DNA of 63,567 bases, counting the filler, from Trichomonas gallinae (taxonomy: Eukaryota): NCBI GenBank assembly GCA_008369845.1. It is 4 parts of 4 records of this genome, joined end to end, with 100 filler letters (N's around TTAATTAATTAA, not from the genome) between each part and the next. Parts side by side here need not be neighbours in the genome. Positions count along the whole stretch, not along the records: positions 1 to 27,289 come from MRSU01000253.1; 3 more parts are not named here. One strand, 5' to 3'. The position numbers and the translations under genes were made by a program. Positions 1 to 11,346 of the stretch are shown piece after piece. Within the stretch, counting starts at the first letter, position 1. Each line of letters opens with the position of its first letter. Under the pieces are notes generated by a model. That model did not search any database and was not told where the DNA came from. It was given only the letters and a program-made list of their open reading frames with translations.

Positions 1-225
1 CCAACTATCTGTGTTGTGTAAAACTTTTGCACCATCAACATTCGTCCGTTAAAATAAGGTTATAAGTTTCCATACCTTTAGTTTGATGATTAATATTGAT
101 TTTTATGGACAATTTTGACGAGAAATAGCTGAAATAGCGGATAAATATGATACTTTTAAGTGCATTTTGCTGATTTGTAAACATATACGTTTTAAATTTA
201 TAAAGTCGTAGAAAAATATAAACAA

Positions 226-2073
226 ATGGCGAATAGGTCCGAATTTTTACAATACATGGATAAAATTGAGGACATTAAGGCCGGCACAAAGTGTTCTACA
301 GTATACTTGGTCGAGATATCGTTTTACAACTCTCTAGTTAGATGGCTGAAAAACAAAACTGCGAAAACACCGCCAAAACTCGATAATAATCAAATAGCGC
401 ACGATAAAGATATTGTTTACAAGCGAGATTTCGATATTGTTAAGAAAGAACCGTGGGAATTAATTCAAAAATATTTTGGCCCAACGACAGCCATACATAG
501 ATACTTTGTTATCAATCCTATGACAAATCAACCTATGGTTTTACTTCAATCTCTTCGGTTTAATATTATTTTATTAAACAATGAAGCAAAAAAGAAAACA
601 GTTGGACCAGATTGGGACGCAAAACACATCAAAATGCAGATTTGTCAGTCAATGTCATACAATATTGATGATGTTATACTCGCAGACGCAAAAACGAATA
701 TTGAAATTACAGAAACAAAGAAAGCGATCGAAATGAAGAAACTTGGTGATACATTTGTCATTAGGAAACGTAAAATGACTGAAACGCTGCCCGCAAACTC
801 AATTTCGCTTTCAATCAAATCATCTCCACTCGCTAAAACTCTTTCAAGCAAAGCAGCAGATAAACACATTGTGAAGCCAACAATAGAAAAGGAGAAACAT
901 GATTTTTCATCATCAATTGCAGATAAAGATAAATACGATATTTTACCACCATTAAAGAACGAAATCCATGAGCCAGAAATACCATCACCAGTCAAAGAAT
1001 CTCGTAGACTCACAAGAATCGCAAGCAATAGATCATCTTCATCGATTTCATCAAAAAGCATTTCAAGTTGGAACTACCCTAAACCTGTTGGACTCAATAA
1101 CCTTGGAAACACATGTTTCTTCAACGCAGCTACTCAATGCATCATAAGAATCAAGCCACTCACAGATTTTATTTTATCATCTAAATTCGATTCGCAAATC
1201 AACACGTCAAACAAGAAAGGCTCTCGTGGACGTATTGCGCAAGCATATAGAGATTTCCTCGTCCAAATGTCACGAGCAGCTTCAAGATCATCAGAAAATC
1301 CGTCAAATTTGAGAAGTGCTGTTATTTCTAAATACAAAAGATTCGCTAATTACTCTCAGCACGATTCTCAGGAATACCTTAACTCTTTGCTAGATGGCCT
1401 ACATGAAGACATGAACCAAAGCCACGGGGCAAGTGGAAGGAAGCCGGAAATCAAAGTAAATGGTGACACAAATGGATGGGATTTATTGTTATCGAAAAAC
1501 GACAGCCCCATTGTTGATATTTTCTACGGCGAACTGTTCTCAAGCACAGAGTGTCCATCATGCAACTATGTGTCATCTGTCCGCGAACCTTTCTTGTTTC
1601 TGACTGTTTCTATTCCAAAATATTCATTCGGACCAACTCAACTCGAAGATTTGCTCGCTAGCTTCAGTCAAGCTGATGTTTTGGACGACAGGAACAAGTG
1701 GAGGTGCGAAAAGTGCAAGAACATGGTCAAGGCGACAAGGAGGATGGGTATTTTGAGGTGCGCGGAAGTCCTAATAATTCACCTCAAAAGATTCTCTGGT
1801 GAAGGTTATTTCGCGTCGAAAATTGACACAGAGGTAAAATATCCGTCAAGACTAGATATGTCGAAATACGTGAGAGATGCTAATGCTGGCTCATACAGAC
1901 TCGTTGGAGCTGTTTTCCACAGTGGTAGCTTAAGCGGAGGCCACTACACAGCAGCTGCACTTGATCAATTAACAAATACTTGGTATAACTTTAATGATTC
2001 AATGGCTTCAGAGATTTCTGAATCAAGTGCACATTCACGCAGTGCTTATATACTATTCTATCAAAGAGAATAA
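226..2073 (+). CDS. Ubiquitin-specific protease (USP, peptidase C19) with DUSP-like N-terminus
   Basis: 615-aa ORF with Cys box GLNNLGNTCFFNA, QHDSQE, LIIHLKRF and His box HSGSLSGGHYTA...WYNFNDS. Confidence 0.95.
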   Translation: MANRSEFLQYMDKIEDIKAGTKCSTVYLVEISFYNSLVRWLKNKTAKTPPKLDNNQIAHDKDIVYKRDFDIVKKEPWELIQKYFGPTTAIHRYFVINPMTNQPMVLLQSLRFNIILLNNEAKKKTVGPDWDAKHIKMQICQSMSYNIDDVILADAKTNIEITETKKAIEMKKLGDTFVIRKRKMTETLPANSISLSIKSSPLAKTLSSKAADKHIVKPTIEKEKHDFSSSIADKDKYDILPPLKNEIHEPEIPSPVKESRRLTRIASNRSSSSISSKSISSWNYPKPVGLNNLGNTCFFNAATQCIIRIKPLTDFILSSKFDSQINTSNKKGSRGRIAQAYRDFLVQMSRAASRSSENPSNLRSAVISKYKRFANYSQHDSQEYLNSLLDGLHEDMNQSHGASGRKPEIKVNGDTNGWDLLLSKNDSPIVDIFYGELFSSTECPSCNYVSSVREPFLFLTVSIPKYSFGPTQLEDLLASFSQADVLDDRNKWRCEKCKNMVKATRRMGILRCAEVLIIHLKRFSGEGYFASKIDTEVKYPSRLDMSKYVRDANAGSYRLVGAVFHSGSLSGGHYTAAALDQLTNTWYNFNDSMASEISESSAHSRSAYILFYQRE

Positions 2074-2873
2074 TTTTCTAATTTTATTCTTCAAAATTAA
2101 GACTTTTGCTCTTTGAAATAAGAATTTGTATATCATGCAATCCAAATACTTCTAACAATTAATGTATTTAATTCAAATATATTGAAAAAAAATCTGTTGA
2201 CTGGTTTATATTATTTGTTAAGTCATTATATGATTGTTTGTTATTTGTTTATATTAAATATTCTTTCCTAATTGCTCTGCTTTTTAAAATTCAAAATAAT
2301 CTCCAATATTAACTGTATTGATTAAAAATGTCGTTTGGCTATTGAATATTATGAAGAGTTTTAATTAAATTTAAATGCCAAAATGATGGATTCTAAAATA
2401 AATTTGAAATCGCATTTTTGAGAAAGGGTAGTTAAGACTATTTCCAATGTGTATTGCATTACATGTGTCAATACAGTTTGTTAATAAATGTAATGGCCTT
2501 AACAAAACATTATTCAGGTCGGGCTAATAAAAATCGAAACGGATTCAGAGTAACTTTATCCAAAAATAGTATCATTAAGATCTCCAGATTACAGGATCTA
2601 CAAAGCATTGTAAAAATAATGATGCGATGATTCATGGCTTTATTGAACAGAAAAAGTAAAAAACTGACAAAACTTTTTAAAACAATTTATCAATAATTTT
2701 ATTTATTATGCAATTTAAATGTATTTTTAACTTTTAATTCTGCACTCAAAAAATTACATGCGTACTTTGAAATTTTTTAATAAAAACTTTTCAATTATTA
2801 TAATACATTCTAGTGTAAAATTTATCAAGAAAAAACACCTAAAATTTTTGATAGAAACCTTTCAATTATTCAA

Positions 2874-3027
2874 ATGAAATTTATAGTTATAATATGTTGT
2901 AATATAATAATTAGCATGAAAATACAACATGGTTTCTTTTTTTTAAAAAAAATAAGACAATTCGATTTTTAGGATGAAATTTATACTTATAATATGGTGT
3001 AATTTAATATTTTGCATGAAAAAACAA
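2874..3027 (+). repeat. Diverged 54-bp direct repeat (2874-2927 and 2974-3027) upstream of the MATE gene
   Basis: ATGAAATTTATAgTTATAATATGtTGTAATaTAATAaTTaGCATGAAAAtACAA recurs 100 bp later with a few substitutions. Confidence 0.85.
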
Positions 3028-3183
3028 ATCCATTCTGAGATCAAATAAAAAAGTGAACTCCATTCTAAAACGTGAAAACAAAATTGTGGTGAGCAGGGAA
3101 ATAACACGATTTTTGGAGAAATTTTAAAAGTAAAAAGTGTGAACGATAGTAATTCAAAATTTCAGAACTGTTTTTATCAATAA

Positions 3184-4674
3184 ATGAAATCTAAGATTAA
3201 TGATGAAGTTCGTCGTCTTGCTGGCTCTCCACCGCTTGTTACTATCCTAAAGCTGATGGTTGGCCCGCTGTGTTCACAGATTACGAGCGCTCTTTACGGC
3301 ATCATCAATACGATTTGGGTTTCAAAATACGTAGGCGAAACAGGCATGGCTGCAGTCGCTACAGATATCGCTTGGGAAGGTATAGCAAGAGCTTTCGGAT
3401 TATTTCTGTTAACAGCGGCTAGTACACAGATTTCTGCGCTTTTCGGCAAAGAACAATTCGAAGAATGCGAACAAGTAATATGCGATCTTCTCAGGACAGC
3501 TATAATATTCGGAATGATTGTACCTGCGATACTTTTACCTATCAACAAACCTCTTAGTCGCTGGTTTGGAGCTAATGAAGATACAGTTGAGGGAGCATAT
3601 CAGTATATGTTGCCTCAATGCGCTGGAAATGTGTTTACATGCATATTTTTGGCCTGTTGTGGCTTTTTGCAGGCAGAAGGACGAACAATGCTTGTTGGTA
3701 TAATCGATATCTGTGCGTTAGGTATAGGTATGGGAGCTCTCAATCCATTCTTTTTGGGAGTGCTGAAGATGGGTGTCAAAGGACCTTCTGTAAGTACGAT
3801 CATTGCCGATGGAGTTCCTGGAATTACTCTAACAATCTTATATTTCTGTGGTGTATTCGGCGTTAAGCCAAAATTACGCGGTTTATTAAGACCCTACTCG
3901 AAACATACAATAAATTCGCTTCTAGTTGGTTCATCTCAATTTATGTCGCAAGTGTCAATGTGTATTCCAGGCATTATCGTCAGAAAACTCATTGGTGTGT
4001 CTGTATCATCAGCACGCGAATACGATTTGGCTATGTCTGGTTTTAATGTACTTTGCAGATATTCTTTAATTACTACTTCAGTTGTTCTCGCTTTCTGTTC
4101 AGGCTACTTACCACCAGCATCATATGCTTATGCCGCACAGAAATGGAAACGTTATCTAAGATTATCAATTCATCTTGTTTGGGTTTCTGCGATTTGGTGC
4201 TTTGTTACAACAATTTTCCCAATGGCTGTTCCAGTACATATCGCCCTCATATTTGGTAAAGGCGATGACTACTTGAGATGGTCGAGAAATATGTTAATTG
4301 CATCAAATGCGCTTTCTTGGATATTATTTACTAGATTTAACTTCCAGACAATACTTCAAGCGCAACAACGTGGTGGAAGAGCCATGGTTATCTCATTCAC
4401 ATCAAATTTCGTTGCAGTTATTGCATTTTCTTTTGTTCTCTACTACACAAATCGCAATGACGCTGCTAGACTGATGTATGTATACCCCATCTCATACGGC
4501 ATTGGATGCGTATTAGGAACAGCTCTTTTAATCAAGCCATTCTGGGATGTAATTAAGAAATCTCGAGATGAAGGCGAGTCTAAGAAACTGGAAGAAATTC
4601 CTGACGATAATTCTGATAGCGAAGAAGAATCAGATAACGGAAATAAGGAATGTCGTGTTATCCCTGAATTATAA
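3184..4674 (+). CDS. MATE family multidrug efflux transporter
   Basis: 496-aa polytopic membrane protein; MATE-like pattern (LMVGP...YGIINTIWVSKYVGETGMAAV; ISALFG; GFLQAEG; MGVKGPSVSTII), about 12 hydrophobic segments, acidic tail. Confidence 0.9.
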   Translation: MKSKINDEVRRLAGSPPLVTILKLMVGPLCSQITSALYGIINTIWVSKYVGETGMAAVATDIAWEGIARAFGLFLLTAASTQISALFGKEQFEECEQVICDLLRTAIIFGMIVPAILLPINKPLSRWFGANEDTVEGAYQYMLPQCAGNVFTCIFLACCGFLQAEGRTMLVGIIDICALGIGMGALNPFFLGVLKMGVKGPSVSTIIADGVPGITLTILYFCGVFGVKPKLRGLLRPYSKHTINSLLVGSSQFMSQVSMCIPGIIVRKLIGVSVSSAREYDLAMSGFNVLCRYSLITTSVVLAFCSGYLPPASYAYAAQKWKRYLRLSIHLVWVSAIWCFVTTIFPMAVPVHIALIFGKGDDYLRWSRNMLIASNALSWILFTRFNFQTILQAQQRGGRAMVISFTSNFVAVIAFSFVLYYTNRNDAARLMYVYPISYGIGCVLGTALLIKPFWDVIKKSRDEGESKKLEEIPDDNSDSEEESDNGNKECRVIPEL

Positions 4675-5079
4675 TTTATTTTTCTTTGTTTTATAGAAAT
4701 AATTGTTTTGTAATTGTACTATCCTAAAACTTGGAAAGTTTTCTTTTCAATTTAATCCTAGCTGAATCGTTCTATCGGTATATTGTTTATAAGATAAAAT
4801 GAAAAATCTGCAATTGGAGATTTGTTTGATCAACATATAACATATGATGTCACTGAGTTTAATATGTGCATAGTTTTGGCCTCATCTTAAAATTTAAAAT
4901 TTTTGTAATGTAAAGTGTCAAAGTCGTAAGGAAATGTCAAATTTTTAAAAATTCCTTGCAGACACAAAACTATATTGTTGAGCACTGCCTAAATATTGCA
5001 AATTCATGATTTAATGAATTCCTGAGACATAATTTTTGTTTTCAAAATTGTGACTATTTATGGAAGTCCATTTTTCAAT

Positions 5080-5442
5080 ATGGACACAACGTGTTCGTCT
5101 AGCAGCTTCGACAACATTTGGCTCCTGGAACGGCAGCTTGCAAAAATTTCTCCATGTTCAATTTCTTTAGATAATTTATGCTCAAGTCTCTCAAAGCGTG
5201 CCACAAAGTCGAATACCAATGAAAAAGATTATATCTTGCCTAACCCAATCATAGATAGAACAGAAAAAACAGAAATCAAATCTTCACAATCTTCAAAATT
5301 TTTCTTCATTCTTAAAAAACCAAACGAAAAACTGTCACACACAGACAAAGGTCTAAACTATCAGTTGCCAAATGTAATAAAATTTAAAAATCCATTCAAA
5401 AATAATCGTTCAATTTCTATTATAGAGTTCACAAAGGAGTAA
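5080..5442 (+). CDS. Hypothetical protein (first ATG at 5080)
   Basis: Open frame; ATG preceded by TCCATTTTT Inr-like motif; no recognisable domain. Confidence 0.5.
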   Translation: MDTTCSSSSFDNIWLLERQLAKISPCSISLDNLCSSLSKRATKSNTNEKDYILPNPIIDRTEKTEIKSSQSSKFFFILKKPNEKLSHTDKGLNYQLPNVIKFKNPFKNNRSISIIEFTKE

Positions 5443-5476
5443 ATTAGGCCATTACATTAATTTTGTATCGTCCTGA

Positions 5477-5652
5477 ATTGAATCCAAAATCATCGACTAT
5501 GAATTGAGACTAGGATAATCGTTCAATTATTGATCTTGCATTGACTAACTGGATATATGATCATAATGTGCGAAGTAACATTGAGGCCAAAATAATCGTC
5601 GATTTTGATTGAGGCGCAAATAATCGTAAAAGATTGAGGCAAAAATAATCGT
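5477..5652 (+). repeat. Array of five 20-nt direct repeats, consensus ATTGAGGCNNAAATAATCGT
   Basis: Copies at 5477-5496, 5503-5522, 5580-5599, 5608-5627, 5633-5652. Confidence 0.85.
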
Positions 5653-5790
5653 GCGCCTGCTTGTTGGGTCAGACTAAACTGCTGAGCAATATTATTATAT
5701 GTTGCATAGTTGGCAATTTCTTTCAATATTTGAATGATTATTTAATTGTAAAGTATTCAAATATGAAAAATTTGATTTGTCATTTTTTTT

Positions 5791-6375
5791 ATGTTGAATC
5801 CTCAGCCCCGTGCTAATCCTGTAAAGCAGTGCGGACGATTCTCTATTGAAATTAAGCCACACGACCCTGATTGGATCAGATTGGATGAAATTAGACAACA
5901 GCAAACCGGTCCAAAATCAAATTTAACAAAAGAATTCGAAGATTTCTTAGATTTCACAGTTATGTCAAATCAATCGCAAAATTCACAATCCTCACAGAAT
6001 ATTAAGTCACAGAGTGACTTCATGAAAATTACGCCTCCAATTAACAATTATCAGCAAAAACCTCCACAAAGAAACAACGAGGTTATAGGAAAATCATTTA
6101 ATGACTTAGGTACGGCACTTCAGCAACACTTTGCCAAAACTCCACAGAAAAGCACAAAATTCACAGTGACTATTGAGCCTCGTAATCAGCAGCCTATGTC
6201 TACATTCGAGAAAATTGTTATGCCAACTGTTGGACAGACCTCACATTCTCACAGCGGCTTCCTTAGCCCTTCGGATATTGATTTTGAATCAATACTCACA
6301 CTTGCTGCTTCGATTTGTCCACCTTTCGAGCACCAAGGCCCTATAGAAGTTCACGACTTGATTTCCTTTAACTAA
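5791..6375 (+). CDS. Hypothetical Q/S/P-rich protein
   Basis: 194-aa ORF with coding-like composition; internal repeat of a [GT][RK]F[ST][IV]xI[KE]P motif. Confidence 0.75.
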   Translation: MLNPQPRANPVKQCGRFSIEIKPHDPDWIRLDEIRQQQTGPKSNLTKEFEDFLDFTVMSNQSQNSQSSQNIKSQSDFMKITPPINNYQQKPPQRNNEVIGKSFNDLGTALQQHFAKTPQKSTKFTVTIEPRNQQPMSTFEKIVMPTVGQTSHSHSGFLSPSDIDFESILTLAASICPPFEHQGPIEVHDLISFN

Positions 6376-6844
6376 TTTTTGTTTGATTTGTTATTTGTAA
6401 ATTTTCTCCTATCTATACAGATATACATATCTTATGACCTGTTGAATCATACCGCTTAGTCAAAAACTGACTTGGGATGATCTGACAATAAATATACAAA
6501 ATATCATTCGCTATTCATACCATGGCGATCGCACATATTACATTTCCTGCATAGTTGGCCTTATTCTTGACGTTTTGTTGTTCTCATTCCTTAATAAAAA
6601 TTTCCTCATGAAATGAAAGCCCTTAAAACCCACCCAAAACCTTTGAAACAGAGAATTAAAGTCCTAAAAAGAACACATTTCGGTGTTTGAAAAGACTTTG
6701 AAAACATTTTTTAATGAAACGCAATAAAAACTAGAGATAAATGAGGTTATCATTAGCAAAAAGTGTTTATATGGTTGTTACAAGCATAAATATAGCATTT
6801 AAAACGTGTTCTATTTTTTATATTGAAAAATTCCATAATTTTAT

Positions 6845-8986
6845 ATGTTTGAATCTAGTTTATGGGAGAAAATATGCAAAATTAAGGAATTTAATGGCAT
6901 CTCGGAGCCCAACTGTTGCCTGGAAGTCCAAAAACTCAATAAATCAGATAGGTCGCCCTTAACTTTCGTGTTGACAGATTTTAATATTTATTTCTTAACT
7001 AAAAACATCCTTAAAAAGAGTCTCTCCATACACCAAACTATTAAATTTCAAGAATTGAAGAAGCTTGTACTGCACGAAGAAAACAAATTCTCGATCCATG
7101 CATCAGATACTTATACAATCATCTCAGATTACGCGAAATTTATTTACAAAAGAATGGTATCACAATGCAAATCCATGTTTTTGTTATCGGAAATGCCATT
7201 TTTCGATGACGTTAATAAAATTGCAGGAGCAATTGAACCATTGCCTAATACTTATTTATACCGCTTCAAACTACTTACACAAGATCTCAAGCATCCACCA
7301 TCGAAGCAATTTTACTCAGAATTGGAATCCTACGTCACAATGCCTAAAAAAGACGGAGAACTCGATCTCGCAGGTATAAATGACTCAGGAAGATTCCTCA
7401 AAGAATTACTTGACTCGTTGCCGATCGCTCCATCAATTAATACTATCTTAATTCCAAAGAATACTCACAGCGATAAAACTTATTGGAAACTGATTGCAAA
7501 ATGCCTCAAAACAAACACAACACTCCAAACAATTATTACAGAAGACAACATTGACAATGATTTCCAGAATATTATCGAAGCTTTATCAATTAATCCAAAT
7601 TCCAAGTTGCATGGGTTGATTTTCCTAGAATCAGGCAACCTCACAAAAGATTTGGCGATCATTGTTGCCAATGTTTTCTCAATGAGACCATTCTATAGGA
7701 TTGGATTTTACGGAGGTTTGCTAATCAACGCATTCGAAGCATTCGTACAAGAAGCATCCAAATACTCTCTTTTCAAGCAATTGCAAAGGCTCGAATTAGA
7801 GAAAGTCGTCAAAGGAAATCCAATTGAAACGATTTCTTCATTGGAATTCATCCAAGAGCTGCGCATCACAGATTGCCTTTGTACAATGAACGATATCGTT
7901 CATATGATATCGAAATTGCCAAAACTCACAAAGATTCACGTAAATGGACTTAAACCAACTGATAGAATCGACAGCGTATCATTAACCGAATCTGTAGAAG
8001 AATTATCTATTACTGATTGCAAATTCAACGGAAAATCACTTTCAGATTTATGGATGATTTTAATGAACCACAGAACATTAACAACCAACTTTAATCTGAC
8101 TTTCAACTCCATCAAAGGCGATTTCGAAGATCTTTTCCACACGATGAACACAACTCCTCCATCACCACAATTGAAAACATTCAATTGGAAGAAAAATGTC
8201 ACAGCACCAGACTTTTTCAAGGCTTTGGCATCATTTCCAGTCATTGAATCGTGCAATTTCACTCAATCATTAACTGCGAAGTCAATCGAACAATTTGCTG
8301 ATTTCGTTTGCCGCTCCAGGACACTTAGAAAGCTCGTAATCGACAGCAGGAAGAAGAAGGGATCAATAGGTGATGAATTGTGCACATTCTTCAAGCGAGT
8401 CAGAGGACAAACAAACATCACATATTTCTCATGCATGCAACAAGATTTGACGGACAAATCTCTGCCTGATATTGCTAATTTCCTTATCGATGCTAAGAAA
8501 TTAACATCGGCGAACTTCAACGGCAACCTTTTCACAGACAAAACAGTCATCAAAGACTTCTACGAGAAGATCATGCACAGAGGGGTCCCTCTTGATATGC
8601 CTTTCATATCATATGATTTCGTCAGGATGAAGAAGAAAGGATTGATGACAGATGAAGACATAGACTACATCAGAGAATGTAACACTGTTCTACAGCAGGG
8701 TGTACAAGTCGAACAAGCTCACAGTCCAAACAGTTACGCGGATATTCCACTAGACAGGTTCAGCTCTTCAGCTATTTTCATCGAAGAGCTTAATGCAGAA
8801 AATCCTCCAATCGATGCATCATCATTCATTATCCCGATGGGTGACCCAGTTGACACTCTCGAGCCTGAGACAGACTGGTCACTCATTCGTGTCGTTATTC
8901 CACCACCAGATAACACTCAGCCGCTGAGAGAAATCGCGGATACTTATTCCTACGAAAACATTTATGCGGCATTTGTGGCTATTTAA
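6845..8986 (+). CDS. Leucine-rich-repeat protein (RNI-like/CARMIL-like architecture)
   Basis: 713 aa; degenerate LRR units (LQRLELEK, IQELRITDC, LTKIHVNG, VEELSITDC, LTSANFNGN) after a PH-like N-terminus. Confidence 0.75.
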   Translation: MFESSLWEKICKIKEFNGISEPNCCLEVQKLNKSDRSPLTFVLTDFNIYFLTKNILKKSLSIHQTIKFQELKKLVLHEENKFSIHASDTYTIISDYAKFIYKRMVSQCKSMFLLSEMPFFDDVNKIAGAIEPLPNTYLYRFKLLTQDLKHPPSKQFYSELESYVTMPKKDGELDLAGINDSGRFLKELLDSLPIAPSINTILIPKNTHSDKTYWKLIAKCLKTNTTLQTIITEDNIDNDFQNIIEALSINPNSKLHGLIFLESGNLTKDLAIIVANVFSMRPFYRIGFYGGLLINAFEAFVQEASKYSLFKQLQRLELEKVVKGNPIETISSLEFIQELRITDCLCTMNDIVHMISKLPKLTKIHVNGLKPTDRIDSVSLTESVEELSITDCKFNGKSLSDLWMILMNHRTLTTNFNLTFNSIKGDFEDLFHTMNTTPPSPQLKTFNWKKNVTAPDFFKALASFPVIESCNFTQSLTAKSIEQFADFVCRSRTLRKLVIDSRKKKGSIGDELCTFFKRVRGQTNITYFSCMQQDLTDKSLPDIANFLIDAKKLTSANFNGNLFTDKTVIKDFYEKIMHRGVPLDMPFISYDFVRMKKKGLMTDEDIDYIRECNTVLQQGVQVEQAHSPNSYADIPLDRFSSSAIFIEELNAENPPIDASSFIIPMGDPVDTLEPETDWSLIRVVIPPPDNTQPLREIADTYSYENIYAAFVAI

Positions 8987-9354
8987 TTAATTTTTTGTAA
9001 AATCTAATGTTTTATATTCAAAATTATCACAAACAACTATTTAAAAAAGCATAGATCATAGATAATGGATTTCATATGGAAAAGGTTATTTATACTCTGT
9101 TTTCCGTTTCCTTTAGGTTTTAATTAAAATTAATGCTGAAAAAAAAGATATATCTAGTCAATAGCATTTTGATATAGATCGGCATTTGTTTGTGAAGCTT
9201 CAGATATTTTTGCAATAATCATGTGCTTGAGATCATGCAGAAAACATTATTTAATGAAAGATTTTCTAGATTTATGCAAATTATAGCATATTTTCCTGGC
9301 TTAATTTGCCAACAAATCTTGATTATTTATGATGCTATTTCTGTCATTACAATG

Positions 9355-10761
9355 CTAAAAATCTGGATCTAGCATAGCCTGTACATCACAATGAATAACA
9401 TATGATATTGATTTTAATTCATCAAAGCCAGGTGTATCTGTTGTTTCTTCGATTTCTTCAAAGAAGTCTGAAATATTGATAAGAGCTTCAGCAATCATTT
9501 CTGAGTGTTTTTCAGCTAAGTGCCTAATTGTTGATAATACCAATTTCTTTTTCGAAATTTCATCAGTCTCGAAAGAATCTTGAAGATAATCTAATATATT
9601 ATTTTCGACAAGAAACTCCGCCTCTTCCTTATTAATAACATTACTAATTTCCTCAAATGCCATCATTGCTTCTAATTTAACATCAAATGAGGCGTTCTGC
9701 AATAATTCGAAAATCTTTGTTATAATATGTCTTTCTGGAGAATCGACTTGCTTGCAATATAATCTGTATGATTGACATAGAATTTGGAAGACAACAGCAA
9801 AAAATTCTTCAGAGCTTGGATTATCAGCTAAATAAAAGTAAAAATCTATCTTTGTTCTTATAAACGTCAGTAGACACGTAACCATTTGATTGTATTTCAG
9901 TGACAAGTAGATAAGATTAAGTGAATCAAATAAATATTCTTCTTCAATCTTGTGAATATGCTGAAAGATCATTATTACGCCTTTACTGTTGCATATAATA
10001 TCTGCAAATGGGCCACGGTTCTTTTTCTCGAGTGTTTGAGTTGATTCCATTAATTTAATCAATATTTTAATGTTTGGGTCAAGAATTCCTTTATCAACTA
10101 TCAATATATCCATAACCTTTATTAATTTTTTGAGATTAACACTCCTTTCTGATATATTATCATCCAAAAACACAAATTTGCTCAAATGCTGAATAACTTG
10201 CGAAAATTGGTTGATGTGGTCATAGTTATCTATATTCTTAATAATATTTTTCAGTTTTTTAAGACAATCTCGATCAAAATTATCTATTGTTAAAATTAAG
10301 ATTTTTGTAATTGGAGATACCGTGATATTCATATGCTCATCTAAAATAACGTAAACTTGGAAAAACAAAGCTGAAAATATTGATAATTTTTTGATTTCGG
10401 GATTTTTTTCGATTGAAACGCCAAAACACACAAGTGCAGCATGTAAAAGTTCTATATGTGGACTTGAAATGAAAATTGTGTGCAAATTATTAAAAAATTC
10501 ATATTCTTGAGCAATTTCTATTAAAGGAAACCTAAAGCATTGAATTTTTTGAAAAATATCTTCTAATACAGTGATTACTCTATGTATTGGGCTCTTAGTT
10601 ATGTTTGCTAAATAAAATTGTAATTCAGAATTAAGTTTTTCCATTAAAGTTATAATTTCGGATGGATCAATGGGTGGAGATGCCTCAGAGTTTTCATTTG
10701 GTCGTGGTTCTGTAAGTTTTTCCTGTTCAACTGGAATAAATTCTGAATCTTTTATAAACAT
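9355..10761 (-). CDS. Hypothetical alpha-helical (ARM/HEAT-like) protein
   Basis: 468-aa ORF with amphipathic helices; IFELLQNASFDVKLEAMMAF...FLVENNILDYL resembles an importin-alpha-type ARM end. Confidence 0.7.
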   Translation of the reverse strand: MFIKDSEFIPVEQEKLTEPRPNENSEASPPIDPSEIITLMEKLNSELQFYLANITKSPIHRVITVLEDIFQKIQCFRFPLIEIAQEYEFFNNLHTIFISSPHIELLHAALVCFGVSIEKNPEIKKLSIFSALFFQVYVILDEHMNITVSPITKILILTIDNFDRDCLKKLKNIIKNIDNYDHINQFSQVIQHLSKFVFLDDNISERSVNLKKLIKVMDILIVDKGILDPNIKILIKLMESTQTLEKKNRGPFADIICNSKGVIMIFQHIHKIEEEYLFDSLNLIYLSLKYNQMVTCLLTFIRTKIDFYFYLADNPSSEEFFAVVFQILCQSYRLYCKQVDSPERHIITKIFELLQNASFDVKLEAMMAFEEISNVINKEEAEFLVENNILDYLQDSFETDEISKKKLVLSTIRHLAEKHSEMIAEALINISDFFEEIEETTDTPGFDELKSISYVIHCDVQAMLDPDF

Positions 10762-11346
10762 TATGATTAACCTTATTTCAATATTTTTATTTTTGAAGAA
10801 AATAACATAATCAATAATAAACTTGTTTCATTGGCAATAATTATCTTTAATTTGAGCACATTTTGATTATGATGAAAACTCAATGCAATTATTTTATTAT
10901 TAGTATGCAATAGAAAAGTTAACACCAATATATAGCAATGCATTTCATTTTGTTATATGCATTTGATAGATTATTATGATTGATAACATAAGAATGGAAG
11001 ACTTTGTCCGTATAATATTTGCCCGAATAAATATATTACCAAAAAACCAAAGCTAACAAAAATTATAGATATATGCATGATAATAAAGCAATTGGTAACG
11101 AAAATCAGTTCTTTTAGAATATTCGATTTTTTTCGCCTAGATGCTTCATTATCTGACTATATACTGAGAAATGAGCATCATTAATGTAGACATATATATA
11201 CATTAGTAAGTATATTGTATATATGTCAATGGCAGTATTGGATAAAAATATCTCTATTTCTTGTTATGATGCAATTAATAGTTGGGTAAAAATTTCAAAG
11301 TAAAATCTTTTGTCACTTTTAACAAATTCGTTTTTAAGTTAGAAGG

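Noticed and set aside
5477..5652. CRISPR-like repeat-spacer look
   Set aside because: Eukaryotic context, degenerate 20-nt repeats, spacers mostly 5-8 nt, no cas genes
6430..6490. Small stem-loop ending in CTGA (possible C/D snoRNA)
   Set aside because: No proper RTGATGA C box at the 5' end and the stem is short; not supportable
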